A stretch of 62,074 nt of DNA, counting the filler, from Choristocarpus tenellus KU-1152 (lineage: Eukaryota > Protista > Phaeophyceae): NCBI GenBank assembly GCA_964200185.2. It is 8 parts of 8 records of this genome, joined end to end, with 100 filler letters (N's around TTAATTAATTAA, not from the genome) between each part and the next. Parts side by side here need not be neighbours in the genome. Positions count along the whole stretch, not along the records: positions 50,740 to 55,701 come from CAXNAD020012361.1; positions 55,802 to 62,074 come from CAXNAD020008513.1; 6 more parts are not named here. One strand, written 5' to 3'. Each line of letters begins with the position of its first letter. The stretch's first letter is position 1. The notes under the pieces are model-generated. The model ran no database searches. It was not told the DNA's origin and saw nothing but the letters and a program-made list of their open reading frames with translations. The translations under genes were made by a program, and so were the position numbers. Positions 50,790 through 62,074 of the stretch are shown one piece after another.

Positions 50790-52750
50790 ACAACTCCCCC
50801 CCTCCTGGCACGCTCCACCATGGAGCAAGCAGACAATACCTCACTATGGACACTAGAGAGGATAATGGAGATGGAAGACTCAACAGAAGACACAGATTTT
50901 TTTTAAGGGGTGTGCAACAATGGGTCTCTCCGCCTAGAGACCCACCAATACGTATAGGCACAAATGCCTACAAGTGCGGGGGGTCTGGGCCTATCCTCTA
51001 TGAAACACCGCCAACATGCGACTTTCGTGGGATCACTGTTAGCTACTCTCCCCACCCTCCTCGCAAGGCAGCAAGGACCTCATGGTGAGTCCTTCTCGCA
51101 AGCTATCTGCACGAGCCCCACCATTCAGGTCTTAGGAACATCCATCCACTCCCTCCTAGCCACAGGTGCCCCCCCAGCAGACCTTGGCGGAATCATTGGC
51201 CAAGACTGGGGAACCTGGGGGTGAATAACACCCCCTGCACCTGCCGCAGAGGTACATATTCTGGCTGTCCATGATGCCAGGATCACAAGGAGGGCTCAAC
51301 ACCAGATCACACGTCTCCTGAACAAGATCCGTTTTGACTCCTTCAGGACACAACTGGCCGGCCTTCCAAGTAAGGCATACCAAGGGAGGGAAAGCTCCTC
51401 ATTGGCCCTAGCGCGCCACCGGAGCCATTGTGGACAAGGGGCAAACACGTGGGCCTCAACTCAACCTCTGGAACCAGCATGCCAAATCACCCCTGTGGAA
51501 TTCAAGCTCTCAGTCAGCAGATCCCTAGGGAGGGAAGAGGCCCTATCCAACAAGTGTCCAGTGGCAGGGTGTAGGAGGCAAAATGTTGATACCAGACATG
51601 GCCGTACCTGCCAGGGCAGGGGGACAGGTACGACAGCACACTCCAATGGTGAAACGCCTGCTCCAACTATGCAAGGGGATGGGCATCTCTTGCACTATGG
51701 AGGGCGGTAGCCCTTTCACAGTGGACAGGAATCTCCACATGGATCTGATTTTCCATGCAGGGGCACTAGCGGACGCCGGAACAGCCCCCCCTACAAGGAC
51801 AAAGGTCTTCTGCTAGATGTCGCCTCCGCAGAGGTACAGACAACTTCTCACCTTACCCACTCATCCACCAGCAATGGTATAGGTGCTGCTGCAGCTGAGG
51901 TGCGAAAGTGCACCCACTACGAGGGCTCCTTTGATCCTCGTAGTTACGACCTCAACACCTTCACGGTCGAAAGTTTTGGGTGCCTCGACCCGCAAGCGGA
52001 ATGCTGCCTGGATGAGCTGGCTACTCACATGGTAGGGGGGAGAGGAGCAGGAGGATATACCAGGAAAGGAGTAGTTAAATCTCGGCTGGGTCAAAGTATC
52101 TGGGGGGGGGTGTCGGCGTCCGTTTTTTACCCTTTTTTCGATTTTCACTTTTTGGTGTGATTTGGTCACACGTGTGTCGGATTTGAAATGTCAGGAAAAA
52201 AATGAGTTGTTTGATCGAAACGGACGCCCCCTCACAAACCAAACCCCCCCCCCCCCCCCCCCCCTTCCTCCCCCCCCCCCCCACTCCACTCCTCCACCCC
52301 ACGCAACACTCCTGACCTCTCGNNNNNNNNNNAAGATGCCGCAAAAAAATGTGTTGTTTGTCCGAATCGGCCGCCCCCTAACCACCCACCCCCCCCCCCC
52401 CCAGATTCTTTTACTCGCTACGCCAAATTATCTCGGTAATTACGCAAGTGGCACTGTCTAGACGTGTCATGCGTTTTAAGCTGGAATCACCAGGGAGGTG
52501 GGCACGGAGGGGTTTATTGGATTCTTGGGATGCCTCCCTAGCTCCTTCCGGGGAACATGTATAGGTAGATTGGAGACGCAGGAGGGCAGTAGTACAACAA
52601 AGATAGTGGTGAAGTAACAAATGGATTAGGGTTTTGCACGTTTGTGACATTCAATTTCTTTAGGGCTAATACTGACAATATATATAGTCTTCATTGGTTT
52701 CCCCCCTGACACATCTGCAAAATGTCAGAGGGCATTATAAAATAAAAATA
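50790..52750 (+). mobile_element. CRE-clade-like LINE, 3' part with CCHC knuckle and restriction-like endonuclease, 3' UTR and A-rich tail
   Basis: MPTSAGGLGL, CPVAGC..H..C, RQHT, NLHMDL, LLLDV, FTVESFG. 50790-50885 is homologous to 38880-38970. Confidence 0.8.
52088..52416. mobile_element. MITE family C (same TIR core, different interior) inserted in the CRE LINE
   Basis: GGGTCAAAGTATCTGGGGG ... CCCCCAGATTCTTTTACTC; TSD gct/gct; removal restores the frame KSRLRQIISVITQVALSRRVMRFKL. Confidence 0.85.
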
Positions 52751-53899
52751 GAGAGTCAAAATGGAATAATTCGAATGTGATTATGTACCCGAAACTGGCT
52801 TCATCCCCTCACTCCTCCCATATAATCTACCCCAACCTAAGGAATTGTTTTCATATGTAGGAAAAAAAAATGACAATCATACAAAGAGAAACTACCCATT
52901 ACACTCACCCCACCTCGAGCCATTTACTCCTTGAACCACGCACAATGAGCAGCAAGACTAGCAAGATCGAACATCTAACGCAATTTCCACCTCTATTCAC
53001 GGGAAGGACGAGAACCATCGCATCTCACACGTGGGATGGGCAACCCATGGCCGTTGCGAGACCTTACCAACACAGGGGCTCAACCCGCCGAATCCCAAGG
53101 CACACGTCCCCCAATACCGAAGAGGTAGGGCCCACTCCCCATCACCACTTCCAATACGCCCATGCAATGTGGGGGCCGCCTGGAAAATACGGCAATAGTT
53201 CGTCAATGATGCGTACGAAATAATAATTTTCGGACCGTACTATACGACATTGAACCAATATCTTCAAAATAGAATAGCGACGACACCCATATGTCGTCGT
53301 CATTAAAGTCTCACATATAATTGGAGGTCCGTAGGGTTAGAGTTTATCCTTTCAACAAAACCCTAACCCTAAACCCCTACAACAGTTATCCATACCACTG
53401 ACTCAAATTTACCCAAACTTTCTCTACTAACCACAAAACAAAATATTCATGCTCTTCAGAGTTCATTGGCAGACTAGACGTTATTTGTTTTTCGTCAAAC
53501 ACGCACCCAATGCACATCCTTTCCCCCCGTAGATCGACGGAAGAAAAAGAGCAATTCGGCAGACCAGACGTTATTTTATTATAGTCAAAAACAACCCCAA
53601 TGCAGACATCCTTTTCTCCTGTCGATTGAACTACAGAAAAATCTAGCACGTTTACCCTTCTACCTCAAACATGCTTTGGGGGTAGAGAACCTACTGTGTG
53701 TTGGTCAATGACGTGTGAAAAATTCTGTTTATGGCTCCCTTACATTGGACGCAATAACAAACATATTTTCCTTATCTCTTAATTACATATTCATCCGGCA
53801 TCTGGCCCTGACAACTTACTTCTCTCAACTCTCCTATCTCCTTTTCAGGAAGTGAGGGGTAGGGAGACCAACCAATAGCAGCACTTTCGATCTTGGAAG

Positions 53900-54866
53900 A
53901 AGTCCAAGACCGATAAAATACTTCACCTATTCTGCTCCATGCTTGTCGACCAATATGGGCAGAACGAGGGAGAAGGAGACAGATATACTTGGAAGGATCT
54001 CGCCGCTTGGTTTTTGGACGAGGATAAAGAGTTTGCACCATTGGCAAGGGTGCTGCGGGAGTTAATGTCCGAGGAGATACGTGAATCTGCAGCCGACATC
54101 CAGGTCAAGGCATTCCTCAAATTGTTGAAGAAGGATCTTAAGACGGAGCACACTCGCCAGGTATACAAGTCAGTCCTCACGGGGATTGCTCCCAATGTGA
54201 AAGTACTCGACGGCGGGGTGACATCCACGTATCAACCCTGTCTGTCCAAGACGGCCAAGAAATACAATATCAAGATCGACACCCTCAGATCTTCGGCAAT
54301 TTAGAGAAATATATTCTCCTTGAACCGACACTGAGGGCTGTGCCGGATTTAGATGAGGGAGAAACACTCAATGCCAGTGCCCAAGGAAGGGGACTATGTG
54401 CAAAATAGGACAATAGTGAGGTGTACCTTATTTTGTGTGTATGAGATTATTGTGTTGAATTGAGTCCATGTGATGTAACTAATGAGATAGTATGGGTTAT
54501 GTATTGGTATTTATTCCGCATTCAACTACTTTGACATAACCGTTGACTTAGATAGGAAGAACAAATAAATAATAAACAAGCAATGAGAAGACACCACACA
54601 AAGGTCACTCTTCTAATTTTAACCATGTAATCACGTTCAGCAAAGGGGGTCGTGTGAGGCTTCACAACTTTTTATCTTCACTACTAACAAATAGCATTAC
54701 CTCCCAAGGTAATTTGCACAGACTATACTTCAGATGGGACGATCAGTGGATGCAAGGGACCGTGACCAAGTACCAGCCCCACTACACAGTGAAAGTTGGA
54801 GAGGAGCGAGTCAGCTACCCCTACGAGTTTAAATGTGTTGAAGTACCCGCGGCTTTGGTGCTTTAA
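53900..54866 (+). pseudogene. Protein-like remnants (helical segment 53939-54304; Tudor-like segment 54720-54840), possibly transposon-derived
   Basis: ORF-like composition; YFRWDDQWMQGTVTKY resembles a Tudor-type beta barrel; stops flank the segments. Confidence 0.3.
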
Positions 54867-55680
54867 TGAAGGACAACGAATAGCTTAATGTAGATATGCA
54901 AAGTTAATATTACAAAGGGCTGATGGTCTCGATTCCGCTGACTGAATACGTGGGTGAGACTAGCCTAAACTATCATCAATATTTCTATAGTGTTGGGTTT
55001 GTAATCGTCCACACTAATTTACTATGAATCACTTACTTACTTGTCTTAAGTACAGAAAGTGTATCTTGAACTTGACATAAAAGTAAATTGACACTATGAG
55101 TCGGTACATATAATATATCCGTCACTGGCTCCATCCTATTACATAATGCACCGGTGTCTATGTGTATCAGCAGCACTATCTACGAACAAAATGGGCGAAT
55201 GGGGACTTTCGAAATATCCAGCTTCTTGTTGAACGCTACAGTATTGACCAAGACGCTCCTACACGGGCCTGGTTCTGGACAAGTCCTACACTGCTGCCAT
55301 ACTGACGAAAAACACGGCTTTGAGGAGCTACCTGTTGAACTATCCCACACTGGACCCGCGGCGTTTATGGTGCTTTAATGAAGGACAAAGAACAGCTTGA
55401 TGTAGATGAGTAAGGTTAATATTACAGGGGTCTTGTGGTCTCGATTCTGCTGACTGAGCATCTGGATGAGACTAGCCTAAACTTCCATATTGTTCTTCTA
55501 CAGTGTGAGGTTTGCAATTACTTATCTACTTATCTTAAGTATAGGAAGTGTATCTTCAACATGATATAACCAATCAACACTATGAGTCAGTACATATAAT
55601 ATATCTGTCACTGGCTCTCTACCCTTTCACATGATCCACCAGTGGTGTCTATAGTGTATCAGCAGCACCATCTACGAACA
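54845..55680. repeat. Diverged direct duplication (54845-55190 vs 55354-55680, period ~510 bp)
   Basis: ACCCGCGG..GGTGCTTTAATGAAGGACAA ... GTGTATCAGCAGCAC.ATCTACGAACA present twice. Confidence 0.85.
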
Positions 55681-55848
55681 CTCTCCCTTGCTGCGCAGAG
55701 ANNNNNNNNNNNNNNNNNNNNNNNNNNNNNNNNNNNNNNNNNNNNTTAATTAATTAANNNNNNNNNNNNNNNNNNNNNNNNNNNNNNNNNNNNNNNNNNN
55801 NAACCATCCTCATAGCCCCGCTCCATCCTCAATTGTTAAAATCCTCTG

Positions 55849-56200
55849 TTAACTGCACTGGCTGCAACACGAGCAAATGTTCCTTCCTCCTCCATCCCTG
55901 CTGCGTTCATCTTCTGCACCATGCCCTTGCCCGTATACAGGGTCGTGCTGTCCTGATGTATGGAGACTCTCCCCAATTCCAACCATGGCGTTTTTCCCTT
56001 GATCACTAACACTGCTCCGTGTACCACTCCAGGTACCACTCGGCATTGGCAAAGACATTGACCTCGTACTCCTGCCCTTTGTGTCCTGTGCTGTAGTCCA
56101 TTGTGCCTCCTTTATGATGCAAACTCACTGGGATCTTGCTGTCGAAATCGTGGGAAGGATCCGGACGTGAAATGGTGGAGATGAGATGAGCATCACATTG
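55849..56200 (-). mobile_element. Second DD39D-type mariner transposase fragment
   Basis: Nucleotide homology to 39260-39430; SRPDPSHDFDSKI, IKGKTPWL..VSIHQD..TGKG. Confidence 0.7.
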
Positions 56201-57699
56201 ACAGATATGTTCTGTAAAACAGTGACTAGGTGGGACGGGTTTAGGATTTGTCTGATTGGACGGATTACTATTATTGGTATGGACACTTGATGTGAGAGCT
56301 GGTTCCATATACGATATGAGTACGAAGGAATGAAGCCTGATTGCATGGAGGTATGAGAAGGGAATGCTCTATGTAACGGATGGATGACGATATATTTTTA
56401 ATATTTATGTCAGATTTAGCACAACGATTACGTCATCCATATGCATATAGACACAATATACAGTATGCAAATATCTTATCATATCCTTGCATCCGGTGTG
56501 GAATGATACTGCTAGAGAGGTGAATGAACACTTGACCTTCTGTAAATGAGAAGTAGGTGCACTGACTTCGAGACCGGAAGCAACCCGCCCGTGACGACCC
56601 CTTTCAGCCAGACCAGTTGCAAAGTGCAAAATGTGCCTTCTCCTCCCCTACCACTTTCCGTTGCCCGCTTTGCAATGCGCCCATATCACCCCCCTGTTAA
56701 GGTCAAACACAGAGAGGGGTCGAAATCATTGGACTTGAGGATGTCAAAAGGGGGAAACAGGAGGTGAGGTCGACGGAATATATGTGCACACTTCATCCAG
56801 AAACTTCATCCAAGTCGCACATACAACAAATCTCATCCCCCACTCCCATCAAACACCACCGCGCATGATGAATGATTTGTGTTATCAACCCCCCTCTCCT
56901 AGCTTCTATGACAGCACGTGCCATCATGTACCCCCTCAACCATTCAATCTATACCCTTGACCTTCATCTATATATTTTTCCTCTAACACATCCCTACACA
57001 CACTTTGAACCCATGTTATAACCTAGGCTACTCATCTGTTTGTTCCTTGATAGGATACAGTTCCACCAGTCAATACTGACTGTTGATTGGTCTGTTACGT
57101 TCTGGATGTTACTGTCACTAGGTCATCTCCACCACATCAATGACCATCAGAACACCGTAGTACAGAACTGTCGCTCTGCGTTCCACATGAATAGTATAGT
57201 ATAGTATACGTCACTTGAGTTGCATCACATATTGGTTCAAGTTCTGTTGTTCTCTTGTTTTTTTTCTTTCACTCTTTTTTCTTCTTATCACCAGAAGATG
57301 ACAGTTATGCGTCGGTTGTTGATTATTATTTCTTTCGTGACTGCCACTGATCACTCACAATGCACTAATCTCACTCTACAATGAGTGTACCAGCTGCACA
57401 ACTGGATGTAATAGAATCAGAGTTTAAACCATCCACGGAAACCCTTGCCAGCCAAGGTAACAAGCCTCTCCACAGAGCATGGGCTTCTTTCGTTTGAGTA
57501 TCTCATGAAAGAACACTGAATTCATATCACATCATTCTAGATTGGGCAACCAAGAATACTGAATTAACATTGCATCATTCTTGACTGAGAGATCAATGAC
57601 CTCAGTTACAACAGAATAAACACATATCGATGCTTTGCATCACGATCATATATTCGTAACATAGACTACGCGTATTACTCATCACCATGATTCCTCATC

Positions 57700-59000
57700 G
57701 CTCGTAGTCTACGCATTTTGCTTACATGTACGATGCATTCGATTCAGGTTTCAATAGGTTATGAGCCTCACACGATTCCCCTTCAGGTTTCAACAACCCA
57801 CGCCAATTCCTCCTCGTCCAACAAACGTTTAGAGGCTAAAAATGTGCAGTACGTGTACCATTTCCAGCCTTTTCTTTCTCAAAAAAGTACCTCATACTCT
57901 CCGAGGAACATTGGTATAGGAAAGCCTGATCGTTCGGCATATATCCCTGGACCATTGGCGTGACACATTCCACCCGGTATTGTATCGGATTTAACGACCT
58001 GCTCTCTCGCCCAACGCCTGAGCACGAACATTCGCAACGCACCACTAAGCCCACCGATTATTACACATACCAATGTCCATCGGCCTTTCTATAGTGTTGG
58101 AACATGTTCATGCCCAAATAGATCCAACTATGTTGCCCCACGTTCAATATCCAACTGTTGCCATAATTATACCAGAGGTATAATCAACACCATAATGCAC
58201 CCACCCCCTCAAGGCGGCAGGATGTGTGCGTGAGGGTATCACATCGCTACACCCATTTTATTTTACTCCACCTCATTGATTACAACATTACTTGGTCGGT
58301 TGGCACCGAGATTTCGCGCAAAATATTTTTCGTACAACAACATCCACGCACTAATTTTCAAAATTACTGTCCAGAAACACACACACCCATCCAACAATCT
58401 GCAATTTATTTTACGCAACACCCCATTGCACCCAGAAACACTCCACCAAACTCCAATGTCCATCTCTCCCCCAAACGCGATAGCAAGACACGTGTAGTCT
58501 CACCCCTTTTGTAAGATATCAACCGCTGATCATATGTCATTGTGTACCACACAGTTCCACAGTTGGTATTGATATTATCTGGACATATTTATTTTATCTC
58601 AATAACATGGCTATCAAACTGATTCCACAAATTCGATGTACACGCTAGTATCTCCACGTATGCACTTGCTGTATCTCCAAGGCTCTTTTCGTGTATCTGG
58701 ATAAGGCACGGACCTTCATCGTGCACATATCTACACTGTACTATACCGCACACACTCCACCCGTTCATGTTTCCGCAACTGTTCAAAATTTACAGGTCAA
58801 TAGTCATCCCACTACACTTTCCCTCGTGTGCATCTTCAATATCCACCCATAAATAAACGGGGATACAAATTTCCAATCGGCAATTGGGACTGGGGAAGAC
58901 GACAAAAGCAATGTTTGTTGTTCTTTGACGAGACCACAATGCACACCATTATGCGTCCATATTATACCCTTTCTAAACATCCATCATCGCATTGTCCTGC
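57700..59000 (-). pseudogene. Possible Ty3/gypsy RNase H-integrase relic
   Basis: LSSSPVPIADW..PFI, then YLG...W...VVRCECSC (H2C2-like); very degenerate. Confidence 0.25.
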
Positions 59001-59179
59001 CTCTCCTTATTTTGCTTGAGACTATATCTCTGACATACACCTTGACCAATTCCACATGGCCTTGCTGGAAAATCTTGATATAGAATCTACGAGCTCAACA
59101 AAGTATACTTTTTATACACTGGTCGTATGGTCCCTCACGAACAAAAGTTGTTAACACTGTCACCCTAACCTCAAGATAT

Positions 59180-59715
59180 CGCATTTTAGGGGTAAAGGAC
59201 AGAAGAGGCCACTACAATTTTCGTTAAACACGCTGCAGCACTTCACCGCCCATGTTACCTGTTTTTCTCGAAGAAATACACAATTCCCATTGATTACAAG
59301 CATTCGAAAATAAACGTCTTTTTCAAGTATCGCATCTCATCCATTCGGAATTTTCGACGTCATTTTAGGATTAATGAACAGAAGAAGCCACTTTCCTCTG
59401 TAACCAATTCTCGTTACACACTGCAGCTTCACCGCCCACGTTACCTGTTTTTCTAGAAGGAATACACGATCCGCAGTGACTACAAGCATTCCAAAGTAAA
59501 TGTTTTTTTCAAGTATCGCATCTCACCCATTCGGATTTAGACGTCATTTTAGGATTCATGAACAGAAGAAGTCACTCTCCTCTGTAACCAATTCTCGTTA
59601 CACACTGCAGTGTTTCACTGCCCACTCCGCTTTTTTTGTTGTTGAAGAAATAAAAATCTCCATCAATCATAAGATTTCGAAAGCACTTACTTTTTCAAGT
59701 ACGGCATCTCACCTG
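59180..59715. repeat. ~185-bp tandem repeat, ~2.8 units
   Basis: TCGTTA.ACAC.CTGCAG...TTTTTCAAGTA..GCATCTCA recurring at ~59220, ~59411, ~59595. Confidence 0.85.
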
Positions 59716-59998
59716 TTTCATTATCAACCCTGTCGATCGACAGGAGTTGAAAAAATGCGAAGCCCTCGAAATTAGGACTCATCCACTTTTCATGTTTTGT
59801 GTAAAACCGACCTTCTTTATATGCCGTAGTTCACGATCTCCCCACACGCACATCAACCTTATCAACCTACTCCATCGTCTTACTTGTTTGCCAAACATTT
59901 GTGACACTGCATGTTTCATTGTGATCCTGTTAAGAATATGCTTTTACATCATGGGTAAAAGATGAATATGTAGGAGAAACATTGAGTTGTTGAACTAT

Positions 59999-62074
59999 TG
60001 TTGAATAGCAGGATATTTGATAATAATGTCTTTGTCAGGTACCTACAATATTATCCGGGTTATAATAGTACAACAAGAAGAATCCTAGAAAAGGAATGTC
60101 GTAGCAAGTAACACAGATTGTGTGACGAGGTATTAGTTATCAGGGATGAGTAAAAGGTTTATTCCACTCCCTTCTTGAATAGTGTATGTCACTCTAACTT
60201 CTATCTCCTAGAGCATAGCTGAGAAGGAATTAATCTACATGTTTCAATATCAAGACTTGAGATTCTACACATTCTTTAACATGCTAGCTAGCATACTTTA
60301 AAGCGTGCTGATATCTCAAGAAAGCTAGCAGTAGGGCATATGATGTCGATATCGTGAACAGGGAGGTTGAAGGTGTTGATGTGGAAGTACAGGGCATCGA
60401 TGATGAGGAGGATCTAGCGACAAGGGGGATCGCGACCTCAAGACGGACTGCGGGAGTGGACCTGCAGCGCCTCATCCCACTTCCTCCAAAATTTGTGGCG
60501 TACAATGGTGACGATGATGGGGAGGGGTTCCCTCGTACAAGAAACTATTTTTAACCTGTGCTGCGATGGGTGGATGGATGGATGCATTATTCACTCAAGA
60601 CCACATCAGGGTGGTGGGCCTAGAAGTATTTGAAGTCAGCATGGCGTTGACTGGATTGGTTATGAGTGTAGGAGGACTTGCTCTCGACATTGTCAATAAC
60701 CATGACAGCCCGTCTGAAGCTTTCCAGGTACTGAGAGACCGTTTCGAAAAAGATGGTATAACGGAAAGAGCGATCTGGAGCACAAAATTACACGAATTGC
60801 GTCTACCAATTGGGGGGGACCATACGGATATTATACAAAAAGATGGAAACGCTGGTGAAGAAGTTGTGGAGTCTTGGCGCCGAACCAGACGAGGAAGAGC
60901 AGCTGACAGTCATTCACAACTGTTTTACTGTAGAGTATATGATCGAGATACTTCCGATTTCCGATGGGGGTCTAACGGCAAAGTTGCAACAACAGAAGAG
61001 GGTTTGCGAATCATATCGGATGAACAAGAGGTTGGTGAACAGTGGTATTGGGAACCACAATGGAGCGCTTATGTCTACTAGAAGCTCGACTTTTAATCAT
61101 GGATTGCGTTCTGTATCATCAGCTGGACACCATGGTCAACATGGTGTAAGATGTTTCCAGTGAGCTGGACCGCATTACATGTCTGTTTGTCGGTCTATTT
61201 CTTCCCCACCTGTAACAGGCAAATTATCCAGTACGTGCTACATTTTGTAGTGGATCGGGACATAAAATTAAGAATTGTCCTGGACTTGCAGAGGCTATGG
61301 CGGCAGCCAAGCGCATTGTAGATGGTGGTGCAGCGACTACACAAAGAAAGAGAGCCAAAGTATCTTAGAGGGTAGAGCTGCGCCCATTTGAAAGCCAAAA
61401 TCCAATGTTGCGATTTCGATGTAATTTTAGCTATCGCGTTTGTTAGGAAGTGTCAATATCCGTGTTCCAGACGCACACATCCATAACGTACACATTTTAC
61501 CTACTCCGAAACATTATGGAGTACGAACATGTCATAATAAGATCCATGCGAAGCAAAGCCCCAAATGGACAAAGAGCAAAACTCGTACCCTCTAAGATAC
61601 TTTCACTCAAGAGGAGTGGTTGAGGGAAGGAGAATGGTGGAAATAATGGACTGCTGAAGTTGCTTGGAGGATGGTGAGGGATGAGAACGTTGATCAGTGG
61701 GATGATGTCCGGTATTTTGATACTGGGTGTTCTGCCCATTTGACCAACAACCCCATTGCTTTGTTAGACCCCCGACCTGTCAGTGAAACGTCTGTGACTG
61801 CTGGTACAGGACAGAAACTTCGTGCTACCATGGTTGGAAACTTACCATTACGTTGTATACAGAATGAGATGTTCGATTAGACTTTCCCTACTCTATCGGA
61901 CAGTTACGGTAAAATATGTATGGAGTAATGGAACAATCAATTAGTGGTTGAGGCATCAGGACCTTTTACTAGTGATTAGTTGAATGAGAATTTTTCTCAT
62001 GTAAAAGGAAATATTTCCGTTGTTATGGGGCCTTGCATGCCCCACCTAAATTTAATCAATCGCTTTACAGACAC
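59999..62074 (+). mobile_element. Ty1/copia LTR retrotransposon (decayed): putative LTR 59999-60281, gag, zinc knuckle, protease
   Basis: SPSEAFQVLRDRFE (gag), CFQ*AGPHY..C knuckle, YFDTGCSAHLT...AGTGQKL..VGNL (copia protease); TG...CA-bounded upstream segment. Confidence 0.75.
61352..61608 (+). mobile_element. MITE family B copy inserted in the copia gag-pol
   Basis: TIRs; 4-bp TSD aaga/aaga. Confidence 0.9.

Noticed and set aside
18252-52750. Idea that the CRE-like LINE targets telomeric repeats and explains the interstitial TTAGGG arrays
   Set aside because: None of the three visible 3' junctions abuts TTAGGG/CCCTAA

Overview
Eukaryotic, repeat-rich, intron-containing DNA. A brown-algal or other stramenopile origin is my inference from interstitial TTAGGG repeats, the style of the RTE and CRE LINEs and the exon structure. 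The window is at least 8 contigs joined by artificial 100-bp linkers (N44-TTAATTAATTAA-N44), so synteny across linkers is not guaranteed. The best-supported host gene is an 8-exon minus-strand gene (48844-40977, ~870 aa, all splice phases consistent). It fuses a histidine-phosphatase domain, a class I SAM methyltransferase (Methyltransf_24-like) and a GT8 glycosyltransferase. Also present are an intact tRNA-Asn(GTT) and a probable low-complexity multi-exon gene (~3.6-10.1 kb). The rest is a transposon graveyard: about 20 MITE copies from four families sharing G-x4-AAA termini with 3-4 bp TSDs, CRE-type RT+RLE LINEs, RTE LINEs, DD39D/Stowaway-type mariners, HCELN-type DDE transposase fragments, a Ty1/copia element, and weaker hAT, piggyBac and Ty3/gypsy relics. 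All family assignments are from motif recognition by eye, not database searches.
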